Positions 60,389 to 64,000 of a stretch of DNA of 64,000 nucleotides are shown here, in pieces. The stretch is from NCBI GenBank assembly GCA_905178155.1, contig CAJINV010000010.1:2402616-2466615 (forward strand), in the 5' to 3' direction. Source of the stretch: Amoebophrya sp. A120. Its lineage: Eukaryota > Protista > Dinoflagellata. The first letter of the stretch is position 1. Each line of letters begins with the position of its first letter. The notes under the pieces were generated by a model. It had not been told where the DNA came from. It searched no databases and saw only the letters and a list, made by a program, of their open reading frames with translations. A program made the translations under genes and the position numbers.

Positions 60389-61082
60389 GGGGCGCCAAAT
60401 CTCGCGCGGGAGCGGGCCATGGGCGCCAAATCTCACGCGGGAGCGGGCTAGGGGCGCCAAATCTCGCGCGGGAGCGGGCCGGGGGTGCCAAATCTTGCGC
60501 AGGAGCAGGCCGGGGGCGCCAAATCTTGCGCGGGAGCGGGCCGGGGGCGCCAAATCTTGCACTTGAGCGGGCCGAGGGCGCGAAATCTTGCGCGGGAGCG
60601 GGCTACGGGCACCAAATCTTGCGCGGGAGCGGGCCAGGGGCGCCAAATCTTGCGTCAGATGAGGCCCGGGGCGCCAAATCTCGCGTGAGAGCAGACGGGG
60701 GGCGCCAAATCTCGCGCGAAAGCGGGCTGTGCGCACCAAATCTGACGCGGAAGCGGGCTGGGGGCGCCAAATCTCACACGAGAGCGGGCTACAGGCGTCA
60801 AATCTCACGTGAGAGCGGGCCCAGGGCGACAAATCTTGCGCGCGAGCGGGCTCAGAGCACCAAATCTTGCGCGGGAGCGGGCTGGGAGCGCGAGATCTCG
60901 TGTGGGTGTGGGCTGGAGGCGCTAAATCTCGTGCTGAAGTGGGCCGGGGGCGCCAAATCTCGTGTGAGAGCGGGCCGGGGGTGTCAAGGCTTGTGCGGGA
61001 GCGGGCCGGGGGCGCCAAATCCCGCACAACAGTGGGTCAGGGGCGCCAAATCCCGCACGGGAGCAGGCCAGGAGCGCCAAAT
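60389..61082. repeat. Tandem array, 31-bp unit, about 23 copies
   Basis: Unit GGCGCCAAATCTCGCGCGGGAGCGGGCCGGG starts at 60391, 60422, 60453, 60484 ... 61073, an exact 31-bp period. Confidence 0.92.
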
Positions 61083-61435
61083 TGAAGCGGCGGGGGACGA
61101 GCCCCCAGCTTTATTCTGCCGGCCAGCGTGGAGATAGGCCCAAACGGGCCACCTTGATAGGGTTGCCAGGCATGCGCCTGGCCGTCGTTCTGTTGGTTCT
61201 GCCCTTGCTGGGCTTTGTGCTATTCCTGGGGGTGGCTGCAAGTGCAGCCACACCTTCAGAAAAAGGCAGCAGGGAGATTTACCGTCGCAGCACCGTTGCT
61301 GCGGGTTTTTCTCCTGGTAGGGCTTAGCCGTCCTCCCCCTTTGCAGGCTCCGCAGTTCTTTGCTCCCTGTTGAGTGTGATCCAAGCCTCTGGGACCGCGG
61401 TAAGTGAGGCAGCATGTGTCCGGTGGGTTCCGGCA

Positions 61436-61975
61436 TGCTTGTAACTGCTGTGTAGCACTGTAGAAAGCCCTTGGTGGCAGTGTGAGAATAGGTGTCCAGC
61501 TCCTGCTGGCCTGTGTGAAGTGCGTTGTAGCACCGGTGAAGCCCTTGGTGGCAGTGTAAAAACAGGTGTACAGCTGGTGCTGTCCTGCTAGTGGTGCCCG
61601 TCGAGGCTGTGGAAATGCAGGCGTCCAGCACGTGCTGGCCTGCTGGTAGTGCTGTGTAGCACCGTTGTGAGCCCGTTCAGGCAGTGGCAGTGCAGGCGCG
61701 CAGCTTGTTCTGGCCTGCTTGTAGTGCGGTGCCTAGCACCGTTGTGAGCCCTTGGGGGGCAGTGGTAATGCAGGCGCCCGGCGCGTTCTGGCCTGCTTGT
61801 AGTGCTGTGCAGCACAGTGGTGAGCCCGTTGACGCAGCGGAAGTGCAGGCGTCCAGCTTGTGCTGGCCTGCTTGTAGTGCTGTGCCTAGCACCGTTGTGA
61901 GCCTGTGGGGGCATTGGTAATGCAGGCGCCCAGCTTGTGCTGGCCTGCTTGTAGTGCTGTGCAGCACCTCAGCGA
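61436..61975. repeat. Tandem array, ~75-78-bp unit, about 7-8 copies
   Basis: TGCTTGTAGTGCTGTGCAGCACCGTTGTGAGCCC...GCTGGCC recurs at 61436, 61512, 61641, 61716, 61794, 61869 and 61946. Confidence 0.85.
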
Positions 61976-64000
61976 GCCCTTTGGGTCAGTTGTGCCGCAG
62001 GTTGCCCACGGGTGTCGGCCTGCTCGTAGTGTGTGTTGGCACCGCTTAGAGACGCTTGACGCACCAGCTTAGGCCTCGTGACAAAGTCCTCCCGGCCTGC
62101 TCGTGCTGCCTCCTGGGCAGGTGGAGAGTCATGATGACCCGTGGTAGGCACGCGAGGTGTCGCGACTGGCCAGCAGCGTGCGTTGCACGGTGAAGGCCCC
62201 AGTAGACCACTAGCAGGTCTGCGGCGTGCCCCAGTCCGGCACTAGTGTTGGTTGCATAAGGTGGGCACTCGTTGCAGGTTGGCCCTGCTGCTATGGGAGA
62301 CACAGCATAAAATGTTTGCAAGGGTTCGCGGGGCCTGCTAGTGGCACTTGCCCGCCGCCCCCGCCCTCAGGGCGTCTGGTTGCACACGCTGCGCCAGCGA
62401 AAGGTCTCGGCAGACTGTGTTGGTGTGCCACATCGCACTCGCAAAAGCCGGATAGGGAAGTCGTACTTTCGCGCCCTCTCTCCTCTACTGTTGGCACATG
62501 CAGCCGTCGCTGTAGTGCGGCAGGGTGCCAGTTGGAAGTGGTTAAGTACTTAGGGTTTCTGTGAGCCACCCGCGCAACTGCGCTTGCTGATAGTGTCTGT
62601 TACACACTGGGGCGCGATGCGATACCAGCGCCCCCGCGATTACACCGGTCGCACTCGATCTCGTTCGAGGGCGCTGTGATCCGTACAATACGGTAAGCCG
62701 CCAGTTCTTTGGCGTCGGTTGCGTTGTCAGACCCTGCTTTGCCAGGCTCCCTCTGTACTAGCAGGGGCCGATGGTTAAACTGCGCGACCCCCAGGTCATG
62801 GCATCTCTTGCCGATCGCGAGGCGTCCTCGCTGTTATTTCGGTTTTCATGTAAGGGAATTTTGCTAGGGGGATCGCAGGGCGAGAGGGAAAGGCGATGAG
62901 CACTGCTCCCGTGGTGGGTCGGTCGTTCTCTACCCCGGTAGGGATCACCCCACGCGGGCGGCGGGACTTGTGCCTTGGCGCGAGGCCGTTGCGACCGACC
63001 CACGTCGGGAGCAGCGCTTCGCCGCCTCTTCCTCTCGCGGGCGACTTTTTGATATCATGAACAGAATGTGGGCCCTGTTCGTAGGTTGCGTTGCCGCCCA
63101 CTGATGCGTCGCTCTTTGTTCAGCTGCAGGCGTAACTGCAGCAGTGACGCCACTATCAGTCGCGTGCTGTCGTGTAGCCCCCGTTTGTCAACTGCCGCGA
63201 GCACATGTAGCACATCTTTACTTGCTGGAGCGCCACCCGCTCGAAGCTCGCTGGGCATCTGCAGCTGCAGGGTCGCTGCCACTCTGGCAGGCCGACGCAG
63301 CATGGTTGCAAGACTTTTTCGGGACATATGGTCTACGTAGGGGCGCGCGCGCCGTGCGCTGTGGTGAGCGGCGGCATGTGTCCCCACCATTCGCCATCCT
63401 CATAAGAAAGGTAAGGGCGCTTGGCAGCTGCAGGTCAGGGTGCTTGGCAGCGAGGTAAGGGTGCATGGCAGCTGCAGCGAGTATACGGCGCGCGCAAAAA
63501 TGGGCAGGCCATGCTGAGCCTGGTCCGTATGCGCCTTTGTTTTGTAGGGCCTCCGGCTGCACAGCAGTTGCGCACGGTCGCACACACATGGTCCATCTCT
63601 CCTCCGCCCGGAAGAGCGTGGTGGGGGTTGTCTTTTTGTGGGCCTCGGTCGGCCCCCTCTTCCTGTTGTCAGAGCGATGGTGGCGATGGTGCCAACCCCC
63701 CGTCGTGCGGCTTTTGGTGCCGCTTTTCGGGTTCTCGCGCTTCAGTCGAGGGTCGACTGCGCTTCGCCCCGCTCTCCGGGCGCTGCTTCTTATCGGGAGC
63801 AGACGGTGTGCCATTCTACTAGCCTGGTCGGGCATAATAAAATGTATGACCGGGCAGGAGAAGTCTAGCGAGCCTGTGAGTCTAGGCTGAGGCTGGTCGG
63901 TCGGTATTTTATACAGACCCCAGCCCTTCGGCCATTGGTAGCCAGGACCTGAGAACGTTCCCCCAATTAAGAGACGGCAAGCCAATTCGCTTGTGAGATT

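Noticed and set aside
60389-61082. CRISPR array
   Set aside because: Units are head-to-tail and degenerate with no unique spacers, there are no cas genes, and the context is eukaryotic.
59992-61137. 381-aa plus-strand ORF as a real gene
   Set aside because: It is a translation of a GC-rich 31-bp repeat whose period is not a multiple of 3, and several frames are open.
62605-62680. HDV-like ribozyme or structured ncRNA (GGGCGC/GCGCCC pairings)
   Set aside because: Short GC pairings are expected by chance at this composition, and the full fold could not be established by eye.

Overview
Eukaryotic genomic DNA, most consistent with the parasitic dinoflagellate Amoebophrya (Syndiniales); the organism is inferred, not proven. 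Nine protein genes all lie on the minus strand: a kinesin-3-like motor, Rab18, a UDP-glucuronate 4-epimerase, an RRM+KH protein, a HEAT/ARM protein, a CDPK, mitochondrial uS17, a selenoprotein M-like gene (in-frame UGA plus candidate SECIS) and an unknown protein. Their reading frames are broken by roughly 75 (hand count) MITE-like introner elements of 130-340 bp from at least 9 terminal-inverted-repeat families. The copies checked share TAT...ATA ends, 5-bp direct repeats and a recurrent GCAT(G/C/T)ACAA motif. Most cannot form GT-AG ends, yet removing the element plus one repeat restores the ORF at the junctions translated. Two introners carry nested elements: a full-length Ty1/copia retrotransposon (36831-43763) and a Helitron-like insert (15649-16467). 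The last ~4 kb is GC-rich, with two tandem arrays and possible tyrosine-recombinase remnants. Most short ORFs in the supplied track are artefacts of these repeats.
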